From positions 11,485 through 75,484 of IMG/VR virus record IMGVR_UViG_3300005719_000002: a stretch of DNA of 64,000 bases; one strand, written 5' to 3'. The position numbers were made by a program, and so were the translations under genes. Positions 32,888 to 42,888 of the stretch are shown in pieces. Position 1 is the stretch's first letter. The number at the start of each line of letters is the position of its first letter. The notes below the pieces were generated by a model. The model was not told the origin of the DNA and did no database searches. It worked only from the letters and a program-made list of their open reading frames with translations. The DNA comes from a virus (Duplodnaviria > Caudoviricetes).

Positions 32888-33927
32888 TTCTCCTTCCCGC
32901 TCGGCGGCTCAGGTAGTGGCGTGTAAACCGTTCCACCCGCCGACTGAATCTTTTCAATAAAGTCTCTCATCGTTGTTCCAGCCTTAATTACCGTTTTGTG
33001 GTTAGCCCACTCATCAGCAGTTAGCCACGCAACCGCTCCTGCGTTAATTTGCTCGACGGAATAATGACTATTGCTGTTTGCTCGCTCAGCAGGTGTTTCT
33101 ACGTCGCATTCGTATACGAGCTTGAAGATTTGCCAAGTGCGCCCATCCTTCTCATTTAACGGGCCGTAAGGCTCACCTGCGTTATGCTCATAAGGCGCAT
33201 CGTTCCAATCATCGCCCCATTGCATATTGATTGGCTGAGTAGTGAAATATGCAAACCCATGCTTCACGTAGCAAAGTTGAGCGTCCATCCCGTTCACGCA
33301 CGGCGGCTGTGGTGACGCGGCCCTAAGAATCGCATCCAGTGTGTCGCGGTTTAGAGTGATATTCACAAGCGCATAGTGCTCTGGTCGAAGCTCAGGCAGA
33401 CAAAGGAACGCATCGCAAGTAGCTTCCCTGTGGAGTATCTCGCCCTTACAGTTGCCGTGAAGAATCGCCTTAACCAGATGACATTCTTCCTCGGCTGACA
33501 ACCCCTGCACGGCCTGTGGTGATGCGGACTGGAGAGCGGCGGCGCATCCTGCTTCGAATGCGCGGTACATCAAATTCTGTATATCTCGCTCACCTGCTGG
33601 CCGAAATTCCGTACAAGGTTCATCGTTCGAATAGCAATGTTCACACTCCCAATGATCGCGATGCCAACTATGCTGAGATTGCAATCCACCACAAATACAT
33701 TTCGCATCTCGCTCACTTGGTACGGCGGGGAACTCGATCCGCGCACCGCAACTGTGGCAGTTCACCGCTTGCGACCGCTCACTTGGTACGGCTTCGACGA
33801 TGGCGGCGATGCCGTCAAGTACTGCGGACTCATCGGCGGCGGGATGTTCAAGCAACCCTTCATCGAAGTATCCCTTCGCTCTGATTGCGGCGACGATTCG
33901 TTCTGCTGTCTGCTGGTTAGGTGTCAT
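32884..33927 (-). CDS. Mosaic accessory protein
   Basis: SD AAGGAG; modules joined by repeated AVPSER and (S/A)ASPQ linkers. Confidence 0.7.
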   Translation of the reverse strand: MTPNQQTAERIVAAIRAKGYFDEGLLEHPAADESAVLDGIAAIVEAVPSERSQAVNCHSCGARIEFPAVPSERDAKCICGGLQSQHSWHRDHWECEHCYSNDEPCTEFRPAGERDIQNLMYRAFEAGCAAALQSASPQAVQGLSAEEECHLVKAILHGNCKGEILHREATCDAFLCLPELRPEHYALVNITLNRDTLDAILRAASPQPPCVNGMDAQLCYVKHGFAYFTTQPINMQWGDDWNDAPYEHNAGEPYGPLNEKDGRTWQIFKLVYECDVETPAERANSNSHYSVEQINAGAVAWLTADEWANHKTVIKAGTTMRDFIEKIQSAGGTVYTPLPEPPSGKEK

Positions 33928-34058
33928 AAAATCTCCTTAGGACTTGGATGAACAATAATCTTTGCAGCGGACTGCACGCCCACCACAAACATAGCAATCG
34001 GCAGCAACAAAACAATTCCAATCAGCAGCAACCAGTCAGTTCCAGTTGGGCGGTTCAT
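33924..34058 (-). CDS. Small membrane peptide (44 aa)
   Basis: ATGA overlaps at both ends. Confidence 0.55.
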   Translation of the reverse strand: MNRPTGTDWLLLIGIVLLLPIAMFVVGVQSAAKIIVHPSPKEIL

Positions 34059-34489
34059 TTGGGTTCTCGCTTCTTGTCTAATCCAAGCTCGTACTCGTAA
34101 AGCGACTGGGCCTCTTTTTCTGCCTCAGCCAGTTGCGCCCGAAGTGATTCAACTTCAGCGGCGGACTCAGAAGATTTCATTGTGAGCAATTTAATCTCTT
34201 CGACGTATCCGCCAATTACGTGTTCGGAATGGCGTAGATATGCTGATTGCTCCTGTTTCAGTTGCTCAAGCTGCGCTGCAAGAGTCTCGATACGGCGACC
34301 CCATCCCTCGTTCGTGCGGGTCAGTTCCGCAATCCGCTCTCGCTGCTGATGGTAGAGGGTGATGACAGCCTCAGCCTTCTTTTGCGCGTCTTTAACCGCC
34401 GCCCACGGTCGGGCTGCAAAGAGAGCAGTTATCGCATTGCGCAAATCCGCAATCTCGGCGACTTCGATGGATTGGTCGTCAGTTGGCAT
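34055..34489 (-). CDS. Coiled-coil accessory protein
   Basis: SD AGGTGAGG; heptads. Confidence 0.6.
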   Translation of the reverse strand: MPTDDQSIEVAEIADLRNAITALFAARPWAAVKDAQKKAEAVITLYHQQRERIAELTRTNEGWGRRIETLAAQLEQLKQEQSAYLRHSEHVIGGYVEEIKLLTMKSSESAAEVESLRAQLAEAEKEAQSLYEYELGLDKKREPK

Positions 34490-34679
34490 TGCTCGCCTCA
34501 CCTTCAGTTGGTTCATCAAAGACGCCTTCAATCGCGGCCATCACAGCATCATCGTTATCCATTTCCGCTCCGCAGATAGGGCGACATTCCCAAATACCCT
34601 TAACGCCCTTCTCGTTGACGCGATGCAAGACACCTCTACATTGAGTCGGTGTTCGCCCGCAAAGCCTACATTGAATCAT
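34479..34679 (-). CDS. Small Cys-containing protein
   Basis: SD GGTGGAG; CRLC motif. Confidence 0.55.
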   Translation of the reverse strand: MIQCRLCGRTPTQCRGVLHRVNEKGVKGIWECRPICGAEMDNDDAVMAAIEGVFDEPTEGEASNAN

Positions 34680-34796
34680 CTACTCCACCTCTTTCAGTGC
34701 GGTGAGAATTTTCACAAGTTGGCATCTGTGTTTACGCCATTGTTCATGAGTTTCAAATCGAGTGTCACACCTTGCGCAATACCAACAGCCGCTCAT
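34680..34796 (-). CDS. Zn-finger mini-protein (38 aa)
   Basis: ATGA overlap; CARC...H...HRC. Confidence 0.5.
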   Translation of the reverse strand: MSGCWYCARCDTRFETHEQWRKHRCQLVKILTALKEVE

Positions 34797-35452
34797 ACCG
34801 CTTCTCCGATTATCAGGCCGCGAATCGCTCGCAACCGCTCATCAGCATCGCCAAACTCTTGTGCGCTACCCTCATCGCAGATTTCAACGATCTTAGCTAG
34901 AAGCGGAGTTGTTGGACTTTTCCTGAGAATTCTCAAGGTTTCACCTACCGTCAATAAATCCTTCGACCCTGCGGCTGCGGCATCACGAGCGGCTTCGAGC
35001 GCGGCAACGGCGTGGTTGATTGCTAAGTCGTAAGCCACGTCGTCCTCTGACCCTGTAGGTTCTTCAAGGTGCTCGCCTTTCACAACCTCGATAGCGGCAT
35101 CCCACACCGCCCTCGGTGCGGCAGCGTCCTCGAAGTAGCTGAAAGCTTGCGTGATTTCTGCTTTTGTGAAATCAAGCGGATCGCCACTATCACACCCTGC
35201 GCCATCAATGCGACTATCTGGTACTCCCAGCGAAATCAAATGATCACGAACGCCATCTTGAAAGCGGCGAATCTCGTCATCGTCACTCGGTGCGGCAAGA
35301 TCGGCGCGCACGTAAACATAAACAGGCTTCCCGTTATCGTGGACTTCACGCGGATCAAGTTTGTAGGCGTGTACGGTTACATCGTCAGGGCTTTTGGGAA
35401 TCTGCACCCAAATCCTCTCCGGTGCTGCCTGTGCTGGTTGTTCGTCGCTCAT
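34793..35452 (-). CDS. Ea22-like mosaic accessory protein
   Basis: APERIW...YVRADL module common in phage accessory proteins. Confidence 0.6.
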   Translation of the reverse strand: MSDEQPAQAAPERIWVQIPKSPDDVTVHAYKLDPREVHDNGKPVYVYVRADLAAPSDDDEIRRFQDGVRDHLISLGVPDSRIDGAGCDSGDPLDFTKAEITQAFSYFEDAAAPRAVWDAAIEVVKGEHLEEPTGSEDDVAYDLAINHAVAALEAARDAAAAGSKDLLTVGETLRILRKSPTTPLLAKIVEICDEGSAQEFGDADERLRAIRGLIIGEAV

Positions 35453-35643
35453 TTGGGTTCCACCTCGCGCGCCACGAGCTTACGCATCAACGGCGCATTG
35501 TTTACTTTGCCTCGATACTTGGACTGATGCTCGTGCTTTCTCCACTCGCATCGCTGCGGACAGGTATAGGTATCACGGATTATGTGACCGCAGCCGTCAA
35601 CGCCATCGCAGATTTGAATTTTATACGTCTTAGTGCTGCTCAT
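35449..35643 (-). CDS. Small Cys-containing protein
   Basis: ATGA overlaps. Confidence 0.5.
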   Translation of the reverse strand: MSSTKTYKIQICDGVDGCGHIIRDTYTCPQRCEWRKHEHQSKYRGKVNNAPLMRKLVAREVEPK

Positions 35644-36284
35644 TTGTTCTCCAATTCCGCCGCGATAATGCCCTCCAGTTCGTCAAGCGGAATGCTGCCA
35701 GTAAAGCGATGTCGCCACTTGTCGATAATCTTTTCCGCAGCACGACGCACTGGTTCAGGTGGAGCGGCGGCTGTGCAGATTTTGCATTCGTCTCTTTCTG
35801 CTCCATGCACACAGCCGTCATCGAAATAATCGTCCGCCGCTGGCTCAACTGAGTGAACCGCTGCGTCCGGCTTAAAGCCAGTTCCGTTACATCCTTTGCA
35901 GTCCTTCTTGCCGCCGACAGTCCAACCCTGTAATCGACCATCTGGCAGACGGCGAAGAATCGGAGGTCCATATCGCGAGATCGCACCACCCAGCCCGCCA
36001 CACTCAGGACATACTTGCTGCTGCCGTACTTCTGGGCGTGGCGGCTCGACAAACTCATGGCTTGGATACCGCTCTGCATGGTGTCGCCTCACGCCGTCAC
36101 AGAACATGTTCGCTGAGAGGCGATAGACACATTTGTCGTCTGGGCCTGGCGCTACTTCGCGCTCTGAGTCGAGTACGGGTGATGATTTCTGGTCGCGGAA
36201 GTTGATATTCAAGAGACAGCTAATCTTGTGAATGTTTACGCTCCTGCACTCTCGGCATGGGCGTGGCGTGGTGTCGTTGGTCAT
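35640..36284 (-). CDS. Mosaic multi-Zn-motif accessory protein
   Basis: CRECR, CPECGG, CKGCNGTG, CKIC. Confidence 0.6.
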   Translation of the reverse strand: MTNDTTPRPCRECRSVNIHKISCLLNINFRDQKSSPVLDSEREVAPGPDDKCVYRLSANMFCDGVRRHHAERYPSHEFVEPPRPEVRQQQVCPECGGLGGAISRYGPPILRRLPDGRLQGWTVGGKKDCKGCNGTGFKPDAAVHSVEPAADDYFDDGCVHGAERDECKICTAAAPPEPVRRAAEKIIDKWRHRFTGSIPLDELEGIIAAELENK

Positions 36285-36502
36285 CACTTTTTCTCCAGTG
36301 GTTTCGCGCACTCCGGGCAAACAATTTCACCGTCAAGATTGCGCCAGCCCTTTCTGCTGAATTCTTTCAAGGCGGTAGGTTTCTGCGCTGCCAGCGATTC
36401 TTGGGAAGCCTCGCACAGTAGACACTGAATGATGTAGTGAATGCCGTCGATAATGTCGCTGCTTAGGGGCTCGGTGTCGTTGGCTGAGTTGTGCGTGGTC
36501 AT
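36284..36502 (-). CDS. Small Zn-ribbon protein
   Basis: CLLC...GW...CPEC; overlaps at both ends. Confidence 0.55.
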   Translation of the reverse strand: MTTHNSANDTEPLSSDIIDGIHYIIQCLLCEASQESLAAQKPTALKEFSRKGWRNLDGEIVCPECAKPLEKK

Positions 36503-36702
36503 CGTGGTATGTCTACCTTTCCGCATCGGCAGCGAGTTCCGGCTACGTCTGCGTTGTAATCGGCCCACTTTAGTTCGGCGCGATGATTCGTCAGTCGAGC
36601 ACAAAGACGTTCAGGGTAATTCGCCAACGTGCGACTTGGCACCGTGCCAAAGGTGTATTGATAACTAAACCACCAATCAAGAATCAAAATAAGTAGCTTC
36701 AT
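36499..36702 (-). CDS. Small hypothetical protein
   Basis: ATGA overlaps. Confidence 0.45.
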   Translation of the reverse strand: MKLLILILDWWFSYQYTFGTVPSRTLANYPERLCARLTNHRAELKWADYNADVAGTRCRCGKVDIPR

Positions 36703-37004
36703 CGCTTCTCCTGCTGCTGCTCGTTACGTTCCCACTGAGGACAATTAGACTGAAGCCGCTCGCTTAAATCGATTTCCTTTTCGCAGTAACGTACTTTGTG
36801 CGGTTGCCCAAATACCGCATCTCCAAATTGATGCCCCATGTATTCCTCTTCGTAGTCAGTTGTGAGGTGTTTGCACGTTGCGCAAGCCTTTTGGTTGGGG
36901 TTATGAAAGCAGCGAGTCTCGTGCTTCTCCATACTTTTGCGCGAGGTCGTCACGTTCCGATGACAACCAAACTCACAAGCAAAAGCTCTTACGACTCGCG
37001 GCAT
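36699..37004 (-). CDS. Cys/His-rich accessory protein
   Basis: CEFGC...HETRC...CATCKH...CPQW. Confidence 0.6.
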   Translation of the reverse strand: MPRVVRAFACEFGCHRNVTTSRKSMEKHETRCFHNPNQKACATCKHLTTDYEEEYMGHQFGDAVFGQPHKVRYCEKEIDLSERLQSNCPQWERNEQQQEKR

Positions 37005-37619
37005 TCAACCCTCCTCACCTTCTGCCTCAGTTCCCTTGGCTGGAAGCGCGAAATAACTATCAATGAACTTCAGAGCAATCGGATGTGCGCAGCCAACTTC
37101 GCGTATTCCGCTGATTACCTGACCGGCTATGTATCGTCCCATTCGTTCGCGGGTATTGAACCATTCTGGCTGTTGACCGACATGCTCATTCTCTTTGTAG
37201 CCGCCGTCCTCAAGTGTTATCGCAACGGTTTGCCTGTCCCAAACAACGGCTACATCGTCAGCGGCAGGAATAAATTCTTGAAGCCATTTCATCAGCGCAT
37301 TTAGGTGGTTGTCTGTGCGCAAAATCTTAGGCAGGGCTTCTATACAAGCGTTCACGTCTGATTGACGTTTCACAATCTCCCGATCTCGCGCAGCCTTGGC
37401 TTGCCTTCCTTCGGGCGACTCGCGGTAAGCACGTTGCTGTTCTTCGAGAATTGCGCGCCACCGATTTACGATGACTTGAGGATCGTCCGCTGGTAACGCT
37501 TGCAAGGCGATGCCGTTAAACGAAAAGCGCACGGCGTCGTTAGCCTGAGACGCTAAAGCAACGGCGTCGGCACACGCCTTGTCGATGCAAGTTCCTGCCG
37601 ATGGTTCAAATGTTGCCAT
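37005..37619 (-). CDS. Hypothetical accessory protein
   Basis: SD GAGG; operon packing. Confidence 0.65.
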   Translation of the reverse strand: MATFEPSAGTCIDKACADAVALASQANDAVRFSFNGIALQALPADDPQVIVNRWRAILEEQQRAYRESPEGRQAKAARDREIVKRQSDVNACIEALPKILRTDNHLNALMKWLQEFIPAADDVAVVWDRQTVAITLEDGGYKENEHVGQQPEWFNTRERMGRYIAGQVISGIREVGCAHPIALKFIDSYFALPAKGTEAEGEEG

Positions 37620-37629
37620 CTTCTCAACC

Positions 37630-37776
37630 TCATCTCCCTCCAGCACAGCGAGACTCTATGCGCTGCACGAGCTTGGCAGTTATAAAAGCCGATGCAGCAA
37701 AATAAATTGACATTGCCGTCCAAAGGGCAAGCGTCAAAATAATTACAGTTGACCATGTTGCTGGTTTCTCACCCAT
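37630..37776 (-). CDS. Membrane peptide (48 aa)
   Basis: MGEKPATWSTVIILTLALWTAMSIYFAASAF. Confidence 0.5.
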   Translation of the reverse strand: MGEKPATWSTVIILTLALWTAMSIYFAASAFITAKLVQRIESRCAGGR

Positions 37777-37786
37777 GATTCATGCC

Positions 37787-37990
37787 TCACCTCTCGACTT
37801 GTTTGAGAATTGCTTGCGCCAACCGCCGCAACGTAGTTACGCCCGATAGCGTAGCGAAGCAAAACTTGTCATCTTCGGCGTCGTTGCCAATCCACAAATA
37901 ACTGCGCTCGCCATCTTCGACCAAATGAATCTTTGGGTTGTTTGGTAGGCGACTCAGGTGCTCGCCTTCTTGAAGTTTGAAATTAGCCAT
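37787..37990 (-). CDS. Small hypothetical protein
   Basis: SD GAGGT. Confidence 0.55.
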   Translation of the reverse strand: MANFKLQEGEHLSRLPNNPKIHLVEDGERSYLWIGNDAEDDKFCFATLSGVTTLRRLAQAILKQVER

Positions 37991-37999
37991 CGTTTAACC

Positions 38000-38095
38000 T
38001 CACTTCTCGCCTCGAAACTTCCCGCAAATACGGCAAACGTAACGACCGATGGAATTCATCACGCCGCAAGAACACTTCCACTGCTTCTCACCCAT
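38000..38095 (-). CDS. RanBP2-type Zn-finger mini-protein (31 aa)
   Basis: MGEKQWKCSCGVMNSIGRYVCRICG. Confidence 0.55.
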   Translation of the reverse strand: MGEKQWKCSCGVMNSIGRYVCRICGKFRGEK

Positions 38096-38306
38096 GATTA
38101 GCCTCACCTTCGATGCGCTCAATTTCGACAATCACATTGTTTAGTTCGTTCTGTAGTTTCCACTTCTCATCAAGTTCGCTGTCGGTGTAACTAGCGCGGC
38201 GACCGTGGCGCTCAATCTTTGCTAGCGCGCGTTCAATCTCATCGTTGCGGCAATACAAATCTTCTAATCGCTCTATGCGCTCTTGGTCTGTCAGTTTCTT
38301 AGCCAT
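38088..38306 (-). CDS. Small coiled-coil protein
   Basis: SD AGGTGAGG. Confidence 0.55.
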   Translation of the reverse strand: MAKKLTDQERIERLEDLYCRNDEIERALAKIERHGRRASYTDSELDEKWKLQNELNNVIVEIERIEGEANHG

Positions 38307-38375
38307 TACCAGCCCTCACCTTCTGCCCGAATTGCGGCTGCGATGGCCGATGCGATGACATCCGCAACGGCGGCC

Positions 38376-38609
38376 TTAGACCATCCGCCCAGATAACGAG
38401 CGGGCTGAGTTTGCGGAGACGCGGGTGTTCCACGCCGTGATCGCTTCCTCCCAACTATGGCCTTCACGTCCGACGACACAGGCAGGACAACCGATCATGT
38501 AGCGAGCGGCGTCGCCGTAGCCGAGTTCTCGAATGTCGCGCCGGAACGCTGCCCCGCCACAAAACGGACACGGCAAAAGACTCGGTGTTGCTTCTGCTTC
38601 TCTACTCAC
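38376..38609 (-). CDS. lar: Lar-family restriction alleviation protein
   Basis: LLPCPFCGG...CPAC...EEAITAWNTR. Confidence 0.75.
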   Translation of the reverse strand: MSREAEATPSLLPCPFCGGAAFRRDIRELGYGDAARYMIGCPACVVGREGHSWEEAITAWNTRVSANSARSLSGRMV

Positions 38610-38806
38610 GAATCCTCCTCTGCGATCATCGCTTCGCTTGGTGTGTCCTGACCGAAGTTGGCATTGCGTACTAACTTACGAGCCTCTGCGAATGAATAGC
38701 GTCCCGCATCGCGACGCTTCGACACGTACCCCTCGCGATCCGCGTCCCACCACGCCTCATGTTCAATACTCCAAATCAGCCAATTGTCTACTTCTCTACT
38801 GGACAT
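38606..38806 (-). CDS. Small accessory protein
   Basis: WLIWSIEHEAWW...GY...AGRY; GTGA overlap. Confidence 0.6.
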   Translation of the reverse strand: MSSREVDNWLIWSIEHEAWWDADREGYVSKRRDAGRYSFAEARKLVRNANFGQDTPSEAMIAEEDS

Positions 38807-38837
38807 TACCTATGCCACCTTTCGTGCTGCTTCAGGG

Positions 38838-39158
38838 CTAGTTCTCAGTTAAGTTAATTTTCGGTTGCTGCGGAAGTATTAGTGGATTGGGCGCAGGATG
38901 CCGCAGTTGTCGTGCGGCTTCACGAGACTCCTGCTCCAGCTCTTTTAATTCATCATAACGACGAGCGCTTATCTCGAGCGGCCCGTTGCGGTATTCTTGA
39001 ATTTCATCGGCACAATTAACCAGTAAACTAGCAATTTCTTCATTACTGAATCTTAGCGGTTCGCTACTCATACTCCTCCTATACCAAGGACTCAGTACCC
39101 CAACCAGACGAAATCGCCTGTCCTCAGGGTCTTGTTTGAAATCAAATAATCTACTCAT
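38838..39158 (-). CDS. Hypothetical accessory protein
   Basis: ATGA overlap at 39158. Confidence 0.5.
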   Translation of the reverse strand: MSRLFDFKQDPEDRRFRLVGVLSPWYRRSMSSEPLRFSNEEIASLLVNCADEIQEYRNGPLEISARRYDELKELEQESREAARQLRHPAPNPLILPQQPKINLTEN

Positions 39159-39370
39159 GCGACTTTCCTTGCTGCTTCGTCGGTGATACGCCGCTGGATT
39201 TCGTCGCAGAAGTCGAGCCGCTGCGCATTGGCCTTGTCCCGGTCGATGAAGTCTGACTGGTACAGCTCCCACGGCACGTTGGCGCACTCAGGGTCGCCAT
39301 CATCGATCACCGTCAGGATGATGCGCCGCAAGGCTGCCAGGTCGGTTGTGGTTAGATTAGAGAGCGCCAT
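39155..39370 (-). CDS. Small acidic helical protein
   Basis: Tight packing. Confidence 0.55.
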   Translation of the reverse strand: MALSNLTTTDLAALRRIILTVIDDGDPECANVPWELYQSDFIDRDKANAQRLDFCDEIQRRITDEAARKVA

Positions 39371-39624
39371 TAGTGATTAACCCCTCTGCAAACAGGATCG
39401 TCAAGTTCGATTTCCGCTTTACCGCAATTGGCGCACACCGCCAACCCACCATCGCACACCGGACACTGGCGATCTTCGTAATGCGTGAAGGTGCAAGTCT
39501 CGCGTGTAAGCAGAACGTGCTTGCGTGGCGATTCATCTACCGTTGTCGTTGCCATCAGTCGTAGCCCCCATCGCGCCCACCAGCGGTCAACCGCGTCGGC
39601 TTGGTGGGTGGTTAACAGTATCAC
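39370..39624 (-). CDS. Small Cys/His protein
   Basis: CPVCDGGLAVCANCG. Confidence 0.5.
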   Translation of the reverse strand: MILLTTHQADAVDRWWARWGLRLMATTTVDESPRKHVLLTRETCTFTHYEDRQCPVCDGGLAVCANCGKAEIELDDPVCRGVNH

Positions 39625-40007
39625 TCACCCTCCAGAATCTTTCCATCTGTGCGGAGGATTGCCTTGAGAAGATCGACAGCTACTGCGGCTTGCTTTCGCC
39701 GTGTTGTAGCTTTTCGGTATTGAGTTCTGAAAGGTTCAGGCCACCTGCTTCCTTGAACGTTAAAAATGGCGTAGCGAGAATCAATGCCCATTAACTCGAA
39801 CGGATCGTAGTGACGGCCAAGGGCGAACTTGATGCCCTCCGCCTCGGTTCGCTTGGAGCAGATCGCAGCCTCTCCCGCCAGACACGCAACCGTGCCACAA
39901 GGCGCGGAGTCGCTTTCCTCTGCGTACATGGCGCCTTGGTCGTAACTTAAAGGCTTTGTCTCGATCCGCTTGATCATTTTTCTAATGAGCGGTTTGTTCA
40001 GCTTCAT
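39621..40007 (-). CDS. Hypothetical accessory protein
   Basis: SD GGAGG; CGTVACLAG motif; first gene after the promoter. Confidence 0.65.
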   Translation of the reverse strand: MKLNKPLIRKMIKRIETKPLSYDQGAMYAEESDSAPCGTVACLAGEAAICSKRTEAEGIKFALGRHYDPFELMGIDSRYAIFNVQGSRWPEPFRTQYRKATTRRKQAAVAVDLLKAILRTDGKILEGE

Positions 40008-40035
40008 CGTGTTATCCTCCCAGCATTGCAAGGGG

Positions 40036-40129
40036 AGAGTAGCAAAGTGGAAAATGGATGTCAAGGGAAAAGTGTAATCCATTCCAAATTATTTTAACTG
40101 TTGACTTGGAACTGATTTTACTTTAGGAT
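40036..40129. promoter_or_regulatory. Divergent sigma70 promoter pair
   Basis: Minus: TTGACA(40064-40059)-17-TACTCT. Plus: TTGACT(40101-40106)-17-TAGGAT(40124-40129). Confidence 0.8.
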
Positions 40130-40137
40130 TCGCCATT

Positions 40138-40335
40138 ATGGGTGATTTCCTGACAGTTCCACAGTTTGCTGAGAAGATGGGATTGGGGCAGACGGCGGTT
40201 TACAAAGCCATCGAACAGAACCGCGTTCAGCACGCTAAAATCCTTGGCCGCATTGGCATTCCCAGAACAGAGTTGCGGCGATTTAAGAAGCGCAAAAACG
40301 GCGATCTATCCAAAGTCTTAAAAGCAACAGCTTGA
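40138..40335 (+). CDS. Excisionase-like (HTH_17/MerR-like) DNA-binding protein, leaderless
   Basis: FLTVPQFAEKMGLGQTAVYKAI...RIGIPRTEL. Confidence 0.75.
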   Translation: MGDFLTVPQFAEKMGLGQTAVYKAIEQNRVQHAKILGRIGIPRTELRRFKKRKNGDLSKVLKATA

Positions 40336-40366
40336 GCTATTTCAAGGGGTTCTCTCGCTTGACCCG

Positions 40367-42853
40367 CTATCGCTTCCCGGCAGCCACCGATTTCGCCGCT
40401 CGACTGACTGCCTTCACTCCCTGGTTCCTCGCATCAAGTACTCGTGCAAGGTGGTCGCGGTCGAGATACTCCGCTCGTGTCGCATGATGGACGGCCAGCC
40501 GCGCCAGGGAACTCAGCGGTTTCCAGCACCAGATAACCTTGGAACGGATAACGCAGCTCCGGTGGGTTGCGACGCCTTTGGGGAGACGGAGTGGTTCGAC
40601 GAGTTGGATTTTGGGTGATGGGTTCATGGCTTCTCTTTCTTGGCGTTCAGTATTCATCAGGGTTACGGCTTCAACCCGCTATCGCTTGGGTTTCAATCGC
40701 CTACCGTCTCACTTTCAACCCAAATCCTGTCGCGCCTGCCATTACAATGCCGCCAAGAACATCCATGAAGAATCCACGCCACGGGTGCTCTCGATGGATT
40801 CGCGCCCACGCCATCGCAGCGGTTAGTTCGCTTAAGTTGCGAGCATTGCGGAAGCCCTCAAGTTCCCGCTCATTAATCTCTTCTCTGGTTAGTAAAAGTT
40901 TCATTACTATCTCCGTTTCAATCGCCCTGCCGCATTTGGGTGCATCGCTGAGCTTCCCTATCTGCGCTGGTTAGCTCACCCAAACACCGAGGGCAGAGCG
41001 ACCGCTCAGGTATCGATTCTCGGCGTTTGCGCGCCCTGTGGCTGGCGAGACGGCCTAAATTGGGCTTGGACACAGCATCAATCTTCATAAGCCATGTCCT
41101 CGGCGTCGTCATCTCGCTGCTCGGCTGCCGCGCTGGCTTGGCATCGCGGGCAGTCTCCGTTCTCATCGAGGAGCATACCGTCAACGTCGCAGTATTCGGA
41201 TGGTCGCGCCTCAAGGATTAGATTTTCATCAGGTCGATGGTAAATGTAACCCTGCGTGTCGTATTCATCGGGTCGCGTAATGCTCGCATAGTTACTGCTG
41301 TCGCTATCCCACAGGCATTTCTCGCAAACACCATCAGACTGAACGCGACGACGGCCACAGTTCGGGCAATCGACAGGGCGATAGCCTGGCTGCGAGTAAT
41401 GCTCATCAGCGAACGCTCGGTAATGCCGCCCACTCCCCGGCACAAGGCGATCCGAGGCGTCACCGGCGGCATAAAGCGCGTCTCTCAAGATATCGTTAGT
41501 GCCCATGGTTGTCTCCTCCCTAATTCAAGATATGTTCGATTCTCAATTCACTGTCAGCTTCTACAGACAGGCTGGCATTATCGAACGTGAGAATGATCAG
41601 TCCTTCGTCAGCCCAGCATTCAACTTTTTGCAACCGCTGGCCGACCATTGAGCCAAGCGAATCTTTCAGGGCTTGAACCTTCGCCTGAGTCGCTTCTTGA
41701 TGTTGAATGCGTAATTCTTCCAGTGTCATCGCACCGCCCCTGAGCCGCTATCGCCTTTCGTCTGCTGGTCTGAATCTTCCGCGCCGCCGTCATTGTTGCG
41801 TGACGGTCGGGCGCAAGGTTCAGGCTGCTGTCAGTGCTTCCGGTTTCAAGCGAAAATAACAGACACAACCCACGCCAACACGTTTCCGTGTATCGGTATA
41901 GTAATCGTATCGGGTAACATAATTCTTTGGCTCTTTCCGTGCTTCGGCCAATCCCCAAAATGCCAGAGTCTCAGCTACCCAAAACAAGTCAGGATCGCCA
42001 CGATCAACATTGGCGCTTACGTTGAGCCAGTCCGTTGACAGTTTCGCAGCGTGTCCGAGAATCCATTCTGCGTTTTCTTGCGCCGCGCTTCGGCTGGTTT
42101 GCGGGTAATGGTTTGGGTCAGCGGTAATTTCCCGCACTCGTTGCTCTAGCTGTGTCATTTCAGTTTTCACCTTTCAGGCTGCCACTTGTTGCGCTCGTCG
42201 CGTCCGTTCTCGCTGTTGCTTTCTTAGTTCCAGCTCTTTGGCTGTCGCGTCTAATTCACCCTGCATCGCGGCTTTCCGCGCTTGATAATCGGCAGTTGCC
42301 TGATTAGCGCGAATGGCGCGTGTCAGTGCGTCGATTATTTTCGGCTCGTCAGTGTCGATATTGAACACGTGCGAGATGCCGCGGAAGTTACCAAAGAAGC
42401 TAACCGTTCCGGCTGGATATAGCGGCTTGAGCGTGTCCCATGCCACAGGATCGGGCGTGATAAAATTCCCGTAATTCTCGAAAGACGGATCAAGCGTGTA
42501 CTCTGCCAACACTTCAAGTAATTTCTCGATTGAATCGGGCGCTTGCCCTGCCCATTTACTACCGTTGGATTGAATGTTGATCATGGCGCTTCTCCTGTTA
42601 GTTTCCCGATCCCTGTCGAGAATCAGTTGGGCTGGGATTAGCCGTGAGTATCTAATTGATCAACAGCCTGCACAACCGAGCCAAGTTGTCGAGATGAAAG
42701 TCCGAACGTGGCACGCAGAGATGGTAGATAGATTGAAAAGACCTCATTGCGCGGTGTCTGCGCTCTTTGCTCAATCCAATACCAAAAAGCCGCTCGCTCT
42801 AAGATTCCTAACTTGCGAGCTATTTTATGGGCGCGTGGTGGTATTCTGCGCAT
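40367..42853 (-). CDS. Run of small leftward hypothetical genes (40367-40657, 40701-40904, 40918-41088, 41078-41506, 41520-41729, 41820-42170, 42174-42584, 42638-42853)
   Basis: Co-directional, mostly with SD motifs; 41078-41506 has CPNCG/CEKC/CPRC Zn motifs. No family recognised. Confidence 0.55.
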
Positions 42854-42888
42854 TGTTCATTGCTCCCTTCTCGTGCTTGGCACGCTGG

